From: Marsupella aquatica
Lineage: Eukaryota > Plantae > Marchantiophyta
Assembly (NCBI GenBank): GCA_973895155.1
Contig: OZ316895.1
Coordinates: 19,420,803 to 19,484,802, forward strand
DNA length: 64,000 bases
Direction: 5' to 3'
The notes under the pieces are model-generated. The model saw only the letters and a program-made list of their open reading frames with translations, had not been told where the DNA came from and did no database searches. Each line of letters starts with the position of its first letter. Within the stretch, counting starts at the first letter, position 1. The position numbers and the translations under genes were made by a program. This document shows positions 1 through 12,400 of the stretch, one piece after another.

Positions 1-1064
1 AGATATTGCTCCTCAAGTGTTTATTCATTAAAAAACACAATGAGGAATTTTTGATAATTGCCATCTACGTAGATGACATCAACCTATTTGGACACCTAAA
101 CCTATTACAACACACCATTAAGATACTAAATCGCGTATTTAAGATGAAAGACTTAGGCCAAACCCACTACTGTTTGGGCCTACAATTTGAACACCTACCT
201 GATGGTATACTTTTACACCAGAGCACTTACACTACAAAAATCCTCAAACAATTCAACATGGACAAGGCACATCCTCGAACTTCTCCTATGGAAGTACGAT
301 CCCTAGACAGAGACAAGGATGCATTCAGGAAGAGAAACAAGAATGAACCACTACTCGGTCCTGAAAAACCATACTTATCAGCAATAGAAGCACTCATGTT
401 CCTAGCCAACCAGACACGACCAGACATTTCCTTTGCAGTAAACCTACTAGCCAGACACAGTGCACACCCTACTATACGCCACTGGAACGACATAAAAAGA
501 ATAATGCGTTACCTTCAAGGAACTATTGATATGGGACTATATTTCCCTAATAACACTAATAAGACCTTAACAGGCTAGGCAGACGCTAGATATTTATTAG
601 ACCCAGACGATGCTAAATCATAGACTGGCTACGTATTTTTATATGGTACTACAACCATTTTCTGGAAAAGCACTAAACAAACACTAACATGCACTTCATC
701 TAACCACGCTAAGATTATTGCATTATATGAAGCTAGCAGAGAGTGTATTTGGCTAAGAAGAGTAACCGACCATATTAATACAAATTGCGCCTTACCAGCA
801 CTAACCGAACTTACTACACTACTTGAAGACAATCAAGCATGTGTTGAGCAGGTCTTGAAAGGATTCATCAAAGGAGACCGCATCAAACATATTGCACCAA
901 AATTCTTCTTCACCCACGAACAACAAGGAGACACCATTCAAGTGAAGACGATTGCGAGCAAAGACAACCATGCAAATCTATTCACCAAAGCCTTGACTCC
1001 AACACTACATATTATTCATTGTCAAGGCATAGGCTTATGCAGACTATCAAAACTCAGAGATTAA
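1..1064 (+). mobile_element. Ty1/Copia (Bianca-like) retrotransposon RT-RNaseH 3' part, decayed
   Basis: YVDD RT motif; KDLGQTHYCLGLQFEH, MDKAHP..PM.VRSLD, PYLSAI..LMFLANQTRPDI and GFIKGDRIKHIAPKFFFTH resemble the Bianca lineage. In-frame stops (e.g. TAG 576-578 in G[Y]ADA) indicate inactivation. Confidence 0.92.
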
Positions 1065-1245
1065 AAATAATATTGAACACTAGATAGCCATAAAATTTTG
1101 TACTCTTATTTGTAAAGGTGGTTGTACTCTTTCCCTCGCAAGAGTATGAGAGGGTTTTAATGAGGCAACACCTCCATAAGAACAAAGTACAAAACATGAG
1201 ACTTATGTTGGAGGACTTAACTTGCATTGCTCCCATAATACAATC

Positions 1246-1490
1246 AAGGGGGAGTGTTATGACACCATAGTTAAGTTACCAGGGTTACTTATCTAATCCT
1301 AGTTAGGAACCATGTAACCCTTCATACTATATATAAATGTCACTTGAGGGAGAAGATGTGATTTAGTTGGAGATTGTATCCGAACACGAAGAAGTCATTT
1401 AATATTTTTTGTGGTTCCTATTGTCTTCGGTCACTGCTGGTAGGTTGAGTTCTTCATTGGCGTGGTCAGGGCCTAACCAGGTTATGAACA
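1246..1490 (+). mobile_element. Polypurine tract and 3' LTR of the Copia element
   Basis: PPT AAGGGGGAG 1246-1254 is followed directly by TGTT at 1255. Candidate end AACA at 1487-1490. TATA-like TATATATAAA near 1328. Confidence 0.75.
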
Positions 1491-1585
1491 GTGCCTCTGG
1501 GGTGAACTTTCACCAATCCAAAACTGGGTCAATGCTATATTGGGTCTTGGGATTCCATGAGTGGGTGTAGGATGTGGATCCCAAT

Positions 1586-1883
1586 CTTAGGGGTCTCACT
1601 ATACGGATGCCTCCCCATCACCTGCGACGTTTTTAGGCCTCGGACCCCCTAAAATGTAAGAATTTTTTAAATTTTTTTCAACCCCTATAAAGTTGGAATA
1701 TTCTTGGAATATTCCAAAATTTTGGTTATAAGGACCCTAATGTTCTTATAAGTCTCAAAATTGGATTTAAAAGACCCTATTGTTCTTCTCAGAAAATTCT
1801 TAAGTCTTCCCTTTGAACCAATAAAATGACCCTATACTTCGTCGCACGTGATATGCCATTTTTGTGGAAGTGAAACCCCCGAG
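1586..1883. mobile_element. MITE copy 1 (CTCGGGGG-type TIR, 8-bp TSD)
   Basis: Ends CTTAGGGGTCTCACT...AGTGAAACCCCCGAG. Flanks ATCCCAAT (1578-1585) and ATCCCAAC (1884-1891). AT-rich interior similar to copies 2 and 3. Confidence 0.8.
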
Positions 1884-1905
1884 ATCCCAACTGTGGAATC
1901 CCAAA

Positions 1906-4900
1906 CACTACAACATATTTGACACTTTTGCGAAGGTATTTTTGTCGACGCTCTTGTATTCTGATGGGCGGCGCTTGGCATAATTTGCGAATCAACCTGC
2001 ATCGCAATTTGCGATTCTATCCCTATCGCAAACATAATACTTGAAGCGCATTATATCGCTAATACGTTGCGAAGTAAATGATTTTGCAAGTTTTACCGAA
2101 ACACGCCAAATGGAAAGGCGCCTTCTGAAGATGCCAAAATTGCTCGCCGACTCCGAAACTAACTGATGTAAATATTTGCGAAGAAGGTTGGATTGAAATG
2201 TTTTTGCGATAGTAGTTGTTTGACAAGTTTAAGAATGTCGGAGGATGGAAGATTTGCAAAACGATGAGAATATGAAATTGTGATTGATATTGCATCACAA
2301 GGTTGCGAATAGTATAGTATGGAAATATTGAGAAACGAGAAGCTTCATAGAAATTGCGAGTCCGGTGAGATTTTGTGAGCTTCGCAAATTGTTCGCAAAC
2401 TAAAAATTAAGATTATTATGAGGTGAGACAATGAAGAGGGTGGATGGTCCAATATATGGATGGGGCAGGAGGGAAGAGGAAGGGAGGATGGAGGGAGGTA
2501 CAATGAAGGATGGAAAAGGGAGGGAGTACAATGGAAGAGGAAGGAGGGAGGAGAAAGAGGAAGGGAGGAGGAGGGACAGACGTACCACGGAGGAGGGAAA
2601 CATGAGGGTGACAATGAAAATTATGGAATAAGTAGGAAATAAAGTTATATTGAGCAACAGAGGTTAGATAGACAGTTGCATGTAAAATTCACAAGTGATC
2701 ACAATAAAACAATACAATACATATGTCATGAGTATGACTCATTCAAAAGTGAATGGCAAATATAAATATAGACAATACTTTTTTTTATATCACCAAACAT
2801 GAACAAATCAAATATAACATGAAACAAATGTCTAGGCTGGACCCAAGTGCATATAAAGATGTCCCTCACACTTGGTCCTCATCGGCCTCAAGGTCATCTA
2901 GGTCTGATACAATAACATCTGGCTTCTCAGAAACAATGGAACGAGAAAGTGGCACATAGGTGATGACAATTGACCACTCGGTATCTAAGGGGTATGGAAT
3001 GTAGAAACATTGCTCCAAGTGTGATGGGAAAGCAAATGAGATGTTTGCCAATGAGATGCTTGAACACTAGTGGCACTTGTCTTCAACCGTGTAAACCCAC
3101 TCTCATCTTGAAGTACAGTGCAATTTTGACCAACAAGGTTTACTTTGAACCACTTGCACTTGAAGACATATTCCTCAAACTTTGAATGGTTGTCATATGA
3201 TACCACCAAGATCTCCTCTATCTTCCCATAGTGTGGCACAACATCACTAACAATGTTCCTGTCATGGCGGCTGCTTCTGGAGTCTTGAGAAAATTCCCCT
3301 TGAACTCCACAATCAAAAGTACGACCCCTCTTCCGTCATCAAGGGAAGAAACCTTGAAATTAACAAAACCCACAAATTTTTATTACACAAAAGATACCAT
3401 TAATGTAATAATCATCAAAATATGACACCCATCCCTAAATAGCCAAAACCCACATGGCCTATGGCATAAATATAGAAGCCAACATTACAGTTATGGATGT
3501 CATTAATGATAATAGAAAGTTTTTAAACAATAGAAATAACTAATCAAAATAAGGTCTACATGAATTAATAGAGGAAGAAAGGTTAGGTACTAGTGGACCT
3601 GAAGTGTCTCCCTTGTGTCCACATAGCCGTCTTGGATGTCACCACTCTCAAAGGGCCATGAACAATGGTCCGAACGTCATCTGTGATGGTAGGAAAGTGA
3701 GACATATCTCCTACTTGTGTCACCATGTCATCCAACTCAAGCAACTTTTGCTTCATATACTCATGCATCTTAGGAAAAATTCTTGCTCTTTGACTTGTTC
3801 TCTTGGCATTCTCATAAAACTCTCTCCATTTCTCCATGATATTACTATTACTCAACATAAATATTGTCAACTGTGACCACTCTGTTGATGTCAACATGCT
3901 GTTTTTGTGGCACCTGTTAAACAGTCCTCCTCCTCTTCTCTTTCCTCCATCCAAGTACGTGGACAAGTAGGATCAATGGTGGCCAAGATGTTACTACAAT
4001 AAAATATACTCTCTGCTGCCAAGTATCCTGTAGCTATGCTTCCCTCCACCCGTGCACGGTTACGTACATAAGCCTTCAACACCGCCATGTAACCCTCAAG
4101 CCAATACATCCATCTACAATGCACTGGACCAGCAATGGCAACCTCCCGCACAAGATGCACAAGTAAATGAACCTGACAATAAAAGAAGGAAGGAGGAAGG
4201 GCTTTCTCCAACTTGCATACCACCTCAGCTACCAATACCTCCATCCCAAGGATCTCTTCTACATATATCTCCTTTGAGCATATCCATCTCAACAAACGAC
4301 CCAATGACCAGATGGCATCTTGCACTTCTTCACTCCCTATACCTATAATTGCCACTAGCAATATATACTGCAATAGGCGATGATAGTAATGTGTCTTCAG
4401 ATATCGTGGCCACTTGTGATTGTCCTCCATCCCAAAAGCTTTCCGAAGGTTGACACCATTCTCCACACTTGTGATAGGATCAGTTGTCACCCAAACATTT
4501 GGATGCATTTCCATCTCCTCGCATGCCTCCCTAAAATTAGTGTCCTTCTCCCCATAAAAATGCTTTATCAAAGCCTTCCCCACATTTCCCTCTATGTGCA
4601 TGGGGTCTAAGAGATGGCAGATCTTCAACTCAGACCAATAGGGCAAAGTGGCTAGTATACTCCACCTGGTCAAACCTGTCCTATCAAAGATGAAGGAATC
4701 ATTTGGGTCTGCCACCCTATCAGCTAGTGACTTCCAATGTGCAAAACTTGTTGCATCAGGAATTTCACGCTCATCACCAAATGGCATGTCAAAGGAGGAG
4801 AATAGAAGTGGGTCAAACCTCATCTCATGCCCCATGGGAAGAAACTTTGTATGCCCAATATAAATAATCTTTCTAATCCATGAACAATATGTGGTCATGT

Positions 4901-5850
4901 CCTCTAAGCTTGGGTCACAAGTAGAGCAAGCTTTGTACCCCTGAGTTTGCAATCCAGAGACAAAACCAAACCCTGCTTACACAGAAGAAATCAAACCATG
5001 CAAACTGTCTTTATGTTAGGGTTGTCACATGAGAAACAACAATAGGAACTACACATTATTTAAGGGTTGCAAATGGCATGGAAGTCATCTTACCATGATA
5101 GTCATGCATTGTCCAACAAATGATCCCTCTCAATTGAAAGACACGTGGAAAACCTCATGTAATTTTCCTGCCATCATATGCCCACACTCCATCCCATAAT
5201 TTTTGATGTTCTCCAACCAATAGTGCCAAGTAAGTGTCAAAGTTCTTCACCTTTTTTGGACCTGGGATAATCAAAGACAATAAAAGGAACCCCTTCTTCA
5301 TGGATAGCCATGGTGGGAGGTTATAATTCATGACAACCACATGCCAAATTGATGTAGGTTGCCCCTTTCCTCCAAGTGAATGAGGGCTAACTCCATCAGA
5401 TGCCAATCCTAGCCTCACATGGCGAGGATCATGTGCAAAGTCTGGCCATGTTGCCTCAATATGTTTGTGAGCAGGGGAGTCAACTGGCAACCGCATGACA
5501 CCAGACTCTGATCGATGAGTCTTATGCCATACCATCAACTCTGCCAAGTCAGAACACCGATACATGTGCAACAACCGATGAATGATGGGAAACCAACGAA
5601 CAACCTTCCTTGGCACCTTCTTTGTTAGCATGTTGGGGTCATAGCAAGGCTCATCACATGTTGTACATTGTGTCATGTTTGCATTGGCCCCATGAAATAA
5701 CATGCAATCATTCACACATGCATGAACAATATGATATTCCATGCCAATAGATGAGAGAACACTCTTTGCCTCCTTCCAAGTTGCTGGCAACACATTCTCA
5801 GTGGGTAACATAAGGTCATGGCAAAGCTGCATAAAATAATTTGCCATGAC
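1906..5850 (-). mobile_element. CACTA (En/Spm) transposon with decayed Tnp2/TnpD transposase; left terminus CACTACAA
   Basis: CACTACAACA at 1906 is followed by many TTGCGA/TCGCAA subterminal motifs. Minus-strand ORFs carry IHACVNDCMLF, PRHVRLGLASDG, YNLPPWLSMKK..LSLIIPGPK, HLLDPMHIEGNV, HLLVHLV..AGPVHCRWMY.LE and YGKIEEI..FKCKWF (Transposase_21/DUF4218/DUF4216-like). Probable introns at about 4973-5093 and 3353-3598. The 5' end is missing. Confidence 0.92.
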
Positions 5851-5869
5851 CTTATGTTACCCACTCCAC

Positions 5870-6108
5870 ATGGTTTATAATTCGATGAAATTAGAATCGA
5901 ACACAAATTATCCAAAACATCCAGTAACGGATGTACCGATTGTTTCAGCAACGGAAAGTCCGATGGATGTTCGATTGTCGATATCCGATTAATGAAGTAT
6001 GGGAAATTGTGAAGTAAATCACATCGGATGCCTCATTTTTCCATGTCAAAATTTCTGAAGGAGTCCGATGTTGTTAGGATCGGAAAAAGGGCCAAAAATG
6101 TACTAGTG
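5870..6108. mobile_element. Orphan terminus of a second CACTA family (CACTAGTACA TIR)
   Basis: Ends AAAATGTACTAGTG at 6108, with ATCGGA/TCCGAT subterminal motifs. Shares ATCGGATATCGACAATCG (reverse strand) with the 30597 element end. Confidence 0.8.
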
Positions 6109-6930
6109 TCCTCCAAGTTGGACGCAACGGCGAGAAACCCGGTTCAGATGGGAACAATCTCCATAGCCTGTGAAAAAATCTGAACGCCTCTTTCAATTGT
6201 CACGACGCACTCGATAACCACTTGGCAGCAACTCAGCTACCAAAACAACCAGCTCGCTTCAATCTTCAACTTGAGCTATAACATGTAACGCCTCCCGCAC
6301 CGCACAACTCACACCATTGTAAACACAAACTCTGGTCTCTCCCCCAAAAAACCGTCGAACATGAATACATCCAGAATGACGCAAACTCTGATTCCTCCAC
6401 ACAACGGATACCAACCAGTGAGTTCTATACACCGATGGAATGCCCTTTCACTAATATATCCGCTCAGTCACACACATTCGATTTCATGCGACAAAACTCC
6501 GAATGCAACACCGACAATGAACGTTGGAGAACCGTCACGAAAAAACCTCGTGACCACCTCCCAGGTATGCTCTGATACCAATTGTTGAGCATAGACGATA
6601 ATTGCAACGGCAAGCCCATGAAACATCCAACGCACAAGAGTCGACGCAGAGAGATACGTGGTTCACCTCCACATGAGGCTACGTCCACGGGAACACATAT
6701 GAGCTTTACTGGACTCTAGGCCGATCGGCCATCCCAAACATCCACAGCACAAGCTCTCCCTATCTCTCAAATGGCTTTGTATCAACGAGCTTGAGTTCCC
6801 ACTCTCCAAGCAAACACCGCTTGGTTATAGAGTGTGCACAACATGACTAACCTAACCAAGTCTGCGACTAAGGTTAGCCTTAACTACGGTACAGTCATTA
6901 CTCTAGACCTAAGAGTAAATCCTAACAACA
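6109..6930 (-). mobile_element. LTR retrotransposon 5' LTR, tRNA-iMet PBS and start of internal region (truncated)
   Basis: GCTCTGATACCA 6569-6580 is the reverse complement of the PBS TGGTATCAGAGC. The adjacent LTR candidate runs TGTTG (6583) to ..AACA (6927/6930). Confidence 0.75.
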
Positions 6931-9415
6931 ATGAGGTTTTCGGTGAAAGACCTAGAGAGGAGATACGCCTTAGAGCTCCATGGCGGAGGCTATGGTGGAC
7001 CATGTATGATTTGATCATTAATGATTTCCTCGACGATAGTGGATGTAGCCCATTCGAGTGAACCACTTGTACATGCTGTGTAGTCTCATGGTTGATGTGC
7101 ATGAGTTGTTGACATGCACATTGTTGATGTGACTCTTGTGTCGATCCTGGCCGACGATTTTTCCCAACAAAATCCTCCATTGGGCCAGATCTTGGTTGGG
7201 AGAGATTGATAATGAGTTATATGATCGGAGAGAAGAAAGTGCTTTAAGCATGGAGTTGGTTTGTGTGCCACAAGAACAAGAGGAGTGCGTTGGTGCTAGT
7301 GAGCAACAAATGATTGTTGTCAAGCCTGATATTGTATCAGCAAAGTATAAAACACACATCAACCTGAGTCTTTGACTAGAAAGTTTGGTTGCTCTATATG
7401 TACTCCTCCCAGATATGGCTAGTGGGTTGATTAATCTCAATTGCAAGAGGCTTATTTTGTTGTTGTTGATGATCACAGATTTTATACACTTAGGCCAAGG
7501 TAGGGCCATAAACTTTACAGTAGCTGTTTTTGGAAACAGTAAAGGTTGCACTAAAATTTGGTTATAGGCAAGAAGTTTGACACAAAAGTGTCATTTAGGT
7601 CCTATTTGGTAAGGAGGTTTTCCAACGGTCCATCAAGCATATACCTTGGTTTACTTTACTTTGCAAACTTATTAGTACTTGTTTCTGATTATGATTATAA
7701 CAAAGTAATTTCGTGCAACAAAGTTATGATCTCATGTTTGAAGATAAATACAACCAAGACCATGCAGAGCTAGGATTGTAAAGTAGTCTTGTCCACCGGA
7801 GTCTTTCTACGCGGCACCATGATTATGAGCCCGAAGGAGCAGCCGTGCGTCCTCGTGATTGGTGAACACCCTCGACGTGCATGCTTTCAGCGTACCGACG
7901 GATCTCGATGACCCAGCCGCAGCCATGGGAATACATACAAATTTGTTCCACCTGCCTCTTTTGACGAGTCCCTTGATTTCTGTCCCTTCAACATCGCTGT
8001 CTCGTAGGTGAGATTGGTTCCCCCCCTTTGTCGCGAAGCTTATTCAGGGGAGGAATCATCGTTCAGTCATACCGACACACACAGTTCGCAGTCACAGAGG
8101 TCGTGAAAAGTACGATTGCATGTGACAAGTTGCGATTTGGACAGCCCGATCCAACCATTATCACTTGGCCACACACTGCGGCTCCATTTCCCAGACATGG
8201 CTCTAGCCAGGGACCCATTCTCTGAATCGTGCAGCAATCTGGGCTACAGCAGCTTGCTGGGTTGTCCTATCGAATACTGATGCGGTAAGTTACTTTCACC
8301 CAAGCTTTTGTTTTCTCAGCCGGAGTCATAATTCCCTACTTAGCGGTTGTTTCATGCCACACACCTGAACAGCGTGAACAGGCCAGTCGGGATTCTTCTA
8401 GGCGTTCTCCAGAGCAGATGATTGATCCGACCAGCAGCAAATAGGAAGAGCGGTGCTCGGTCCTCGATAGAAGAGCTACAGCAGGAGAAGGATTGCAGCA
8501 TGAATCTTCGCGAGCAGAGACCAGGCGGCGCATGCATGCATGGATTGAGTATGCGACATAGGAAATTTCCGAACTCATGGATGTCGTCAAATGCACGTGG
8601 GACAGACTGAGAATAGACTTCGACCTATATTTTCTGAGAGGATAAGATAAATCAAACTTTAGAGTACGTGGATCTGCAGAAGGACAACGTTAACAGATTC
8701 CTCGTATGAACGGTTGACAGACGAGATCTGTAGAAATAATAATGATTCTATGAGGAATTCGAGGCTGCCACCACGGAGCTGAGGAAAAGCCTGGCTGGCG
8801 GGTGAATGGCTTGCTCTGTGTAGAGATGAAGATTTCGTTACCTTAGTGAAGGTGGGGAAGGCGATACGGCAAGGAGGATGAGATGGCCGGAGGAGAACCT
8901 CTGTCGAGTGACCAAGAGCTGCGGAAGAACCGCGCAGTTTTCTGGACGAAGATCTTGACTAAAACTGCTTAGTTGTGCCGAGGTAGAGCTGGAGAAATTG
9001 GCAGTTATGTTGACGAAGGGTCGGAGGAGAACTGCTGTACTCAATTATGTTCAGAAGAGCTGCAGTAAAACTGCTCAATGTTGTCTAACAGCTGGAGTAG
9101 TACTCAATTATTTTATTATGTTAAAGATAGCTGGAGGAGAACTGCTTGAGCCTTGTTGTCGAAGAGCTGGAGAAGTCAGTCGTGGAATGGGCATCAGGGG
9201 AGATACGAAAAGGCATGGAAGAAAGAGAACGGATGGATGCTCTGAATCGACGTTTTTTCCGTGGGTCAATTCGAAGCGTGGTTGGGTCGGGTAATGGTAA
9301 TAAGGCAATAGTTTTCTACACCTTGATAGTGAAAGAAGCAATACGATGCGTACTTTCATGCAGTAGAGCTAGAAACGAGTGAATAGAGGGAAGGAAGCAA
9401 GGTGGAAGGGGAACG

Positions 9416-12400
9416 ATGGTGAAGTTTGCCAAGTATTTGGCCAATCATCTGGTGCCGGAATGGAGGCCGGCGTTTTGCAACTACAAGGAATTGAAGAAGG
9501 AGCTAAAGCGCTTGAAAGCCTGTAGAGTCGTGGAGTGTCGTGTCATGGAGAAGGAAACGTACATTGCTCTGAGAAGTCCCTCTCTCCGCAACATTCGAGC
9601 TCGGTCACCTCGGGCCGAAGTGATCCTGGTAATTATTAGCCAATCAAAGACGACGAGGATTGATATCATACTGTAGCTAGCTTTTTGTCACTAAGGATGG
9701 TGAAGTCCTTTCGTGTGATGTTTCTGTTATGCCTGATATCTTTCATCTTCTACTCTTCCCCCATTCGTCGGAGCAGGACTGCCTTTTAGAGGTAGCCGTG
9801 TTCCACTGCAAATTTGGCGATCGCGAGTTGGTGTAATTTCATGCTTGAGGAACACATTTGAATGCTCATCGGAAGTCGGTATCGGAAGCGATCGCTCATT
9901 GTCACGAGGAAATTGCCTGTTTGGAATTTTTGATGTCTAAAATTTACTTAGAAATGTTTGGAATGGAAATCTGTTCAGGTGCACAAAAAGAGCTCACCTG
10001 TTTACGGGTCCCAGCTGGATCTAGTCGAAACTGAACTACTCGTGAATTCCGCTCAAGCGTCTGGCGAGAAGGCATTCTTCGAGAGATTGGATTTTGAGCT
10101 GAACAAAGTTAATGAATTTCACAAAACCAAAGAAAACGAGTTTCTCCAACACGCCGAGATACTGGACGAGCAGATGCAATCGCTCTTTGAGCTAAAGCTG
10201 GTGGCTGAAAACAGGAGAGCTTTCGCTGCCCAGCCCAGAAGCAGAGGAGACGAGGACCTTGTCACATCTTTGAATCATGATAGCTCACGTAGGGCATCTT
10301 ACAGTACCAATTGAAATGTCAATAGAAGAGATGCATCTGTCTTATGTTTGTGTGTTATCGAAATCTGTGTCTGCTTATCAGCTGACAGATTTGTAGTATT
10401 TGATACCCTCCCCCGATCTTTCCATTAATTTGTTGCCTAATAGGGTGTGATGACATATCATTCTTGCATTGCTTTCATTACAGTGATATTGGGTGCATAT
10501 TGGTAGAAGCCCATTTTGCACGCTTTCCTTTCTCTTAGATCTTTGTCCACGAAGCCGATTCACTTTTATTTGCTGTATAGAATGTTTATTTGCTGTATAG
10601 AATGTCTGAGAAATCGCTAGCTCTGAGAAATTGAGTATCGTTTTGTTTAGTACCTCAAAACTATTAATGTGTTGGCAGGAGCGAAGTCTATCGACGTGAT
10701 CGACTCTATTGTCTTGCTGCACAATGAAATGCTCTTCCAAACTATTATGAATCAGAATACGATGGCAAAAACTGGCCTACCCAATGAGAACCAGATATCT
10801 TCCATCAGGGAGCTATTAGGAGACATGAACAACATGAGCACATCTGAGGCAATTCACCTAACTCAATGCCGTACTATGACCAACAAGGATTGGAAGGAGG
10901 TCACTCAACCACCTACAAAGTCAGTTGGTGCCATTGTCCGGTCTCACGGGGTCTCTAGAGCACCTAAGGAGTACAAGACCAGCAATAACCAAGAATTCAG
11001 TGCTTTCAAGAAAAAGGTCGAACATTCAGAGAAGATGTTGAGGGAAGCTTTTATTGAGTTCTACCGGGGTCTGGGTCTGCTCAAGCGTTACAGGTCTATT
11101 CAAACTCAATTTCTCACTCTTAGTCTGTTACTGTAGTAGAGAAGATGAGAGGATGGGATCTATAAGAGTTCTGGAAAATGGATAATCGCCTGACTATCAA
11201 GGGTTTTGAGACCCTCGGGGAGGTCTAGTGGGGCTCACTGAATCTGACAAAGTACCTGGTGCAGCTAGAAATTGGGATGGGTGTGGATGAAAGTACTGTT
11301 TAGATTGTCCAATGCTATAAGGCATAGAATTCAGAGCTTTTTCAATTCAGACTGTAAGCCTTAGAATTTTCATTTCAGCTTGTCCGTGGTGAATTGTCTC
11401 TAGTCATAAGTTCATAAACTGCGAGGTAGGATGAAACGCAAGGAATATGCGGTACAAGTTTGAGCACTTCGACTTTCATAAATTACCACTGGTCTCGTGT
11501 CCGTTTACTATTCCTAAAACTGTTGAGCTCACAAATAAACGTGATCTTACTTGGGTTGGTCTGTGGCAGCTCTTTAAATATGATTGCGTTCACAAAGATT
11601 CTCAAGAAGTACGAGAAGGTAAGTCCTTGTCATTCAAGAAAGCAAAACTTATACTATGGAGATGTTGACTGCTTCGTGTTGAGCAACCCCAAAGGAGACT
11701 TCTGTCTTCAGTGTCCGAGTTAGTAAGTCACACGGGAAAGTATCCGGGAGAACTCGTTTGGAAGTTTATTGATTCTTCCCACGGTTTGCATCACATTTGT
11801 GTGCAAGAATGTTGAAGTCCTCCATAAGAAGAACTTCAACCCTCGATGCATCCCTAACCTGAAGTTTTTCCAGAATTACCTTATCGTACTTGGTATTCTT
11901 AGTTCTATATGTAAAAACATGCTGTCAGTCTGCAAGCATGGTTCCTCGTCATATTCCTCGAATCTGAGAATTCTTGAACTGTTCCATGCAGGTGACTCAA
12001 AGGGGTGCTTCTTCTACTTACATGAGAACGGTTGATAACTCTTATTTCCAAACTTCAGATAATGTAAGGTTCATACTTTGAGCCTTACAATGCTCTTGAC
12101 TATCATCTAATGAAAATGTACCTCAGAAGAACCTCTTGTTGCTTCTGTTGCAACACAGTCATAGTCTTGAGGTTGACAAGAAAACGAAGGATTTGAAAGT
12201 CGGATCAGTTTGGTTCAAGTGTTGCTCACTGGATAAGTTTATGAGTGCAGCATACGTTGTTCAGTCATGACATGTTCGTGATATTCCATAAAACCTATAT
12301 GCGCTTTCCTCTTGGAGAGATTTGCAGGTGACGAACCTAATCATCTGGGTTGAGGCAATGTTTACGGACTATTTTGCTGGTGACGATCGGCAGCAGGCAA

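Noticed and set aside
2345-2657. Several overlapping Pro/Ser- or Glu/Arg-rich ORFs
   Set aside because: They arise from a low-complexity purine tract inside the CACTA element.
6930-7770. ORFs 7018-7551 and 7136-7375
   Set aside because: No family could be recognised; possibly a decayed TE sequence, but this cannot be supported.
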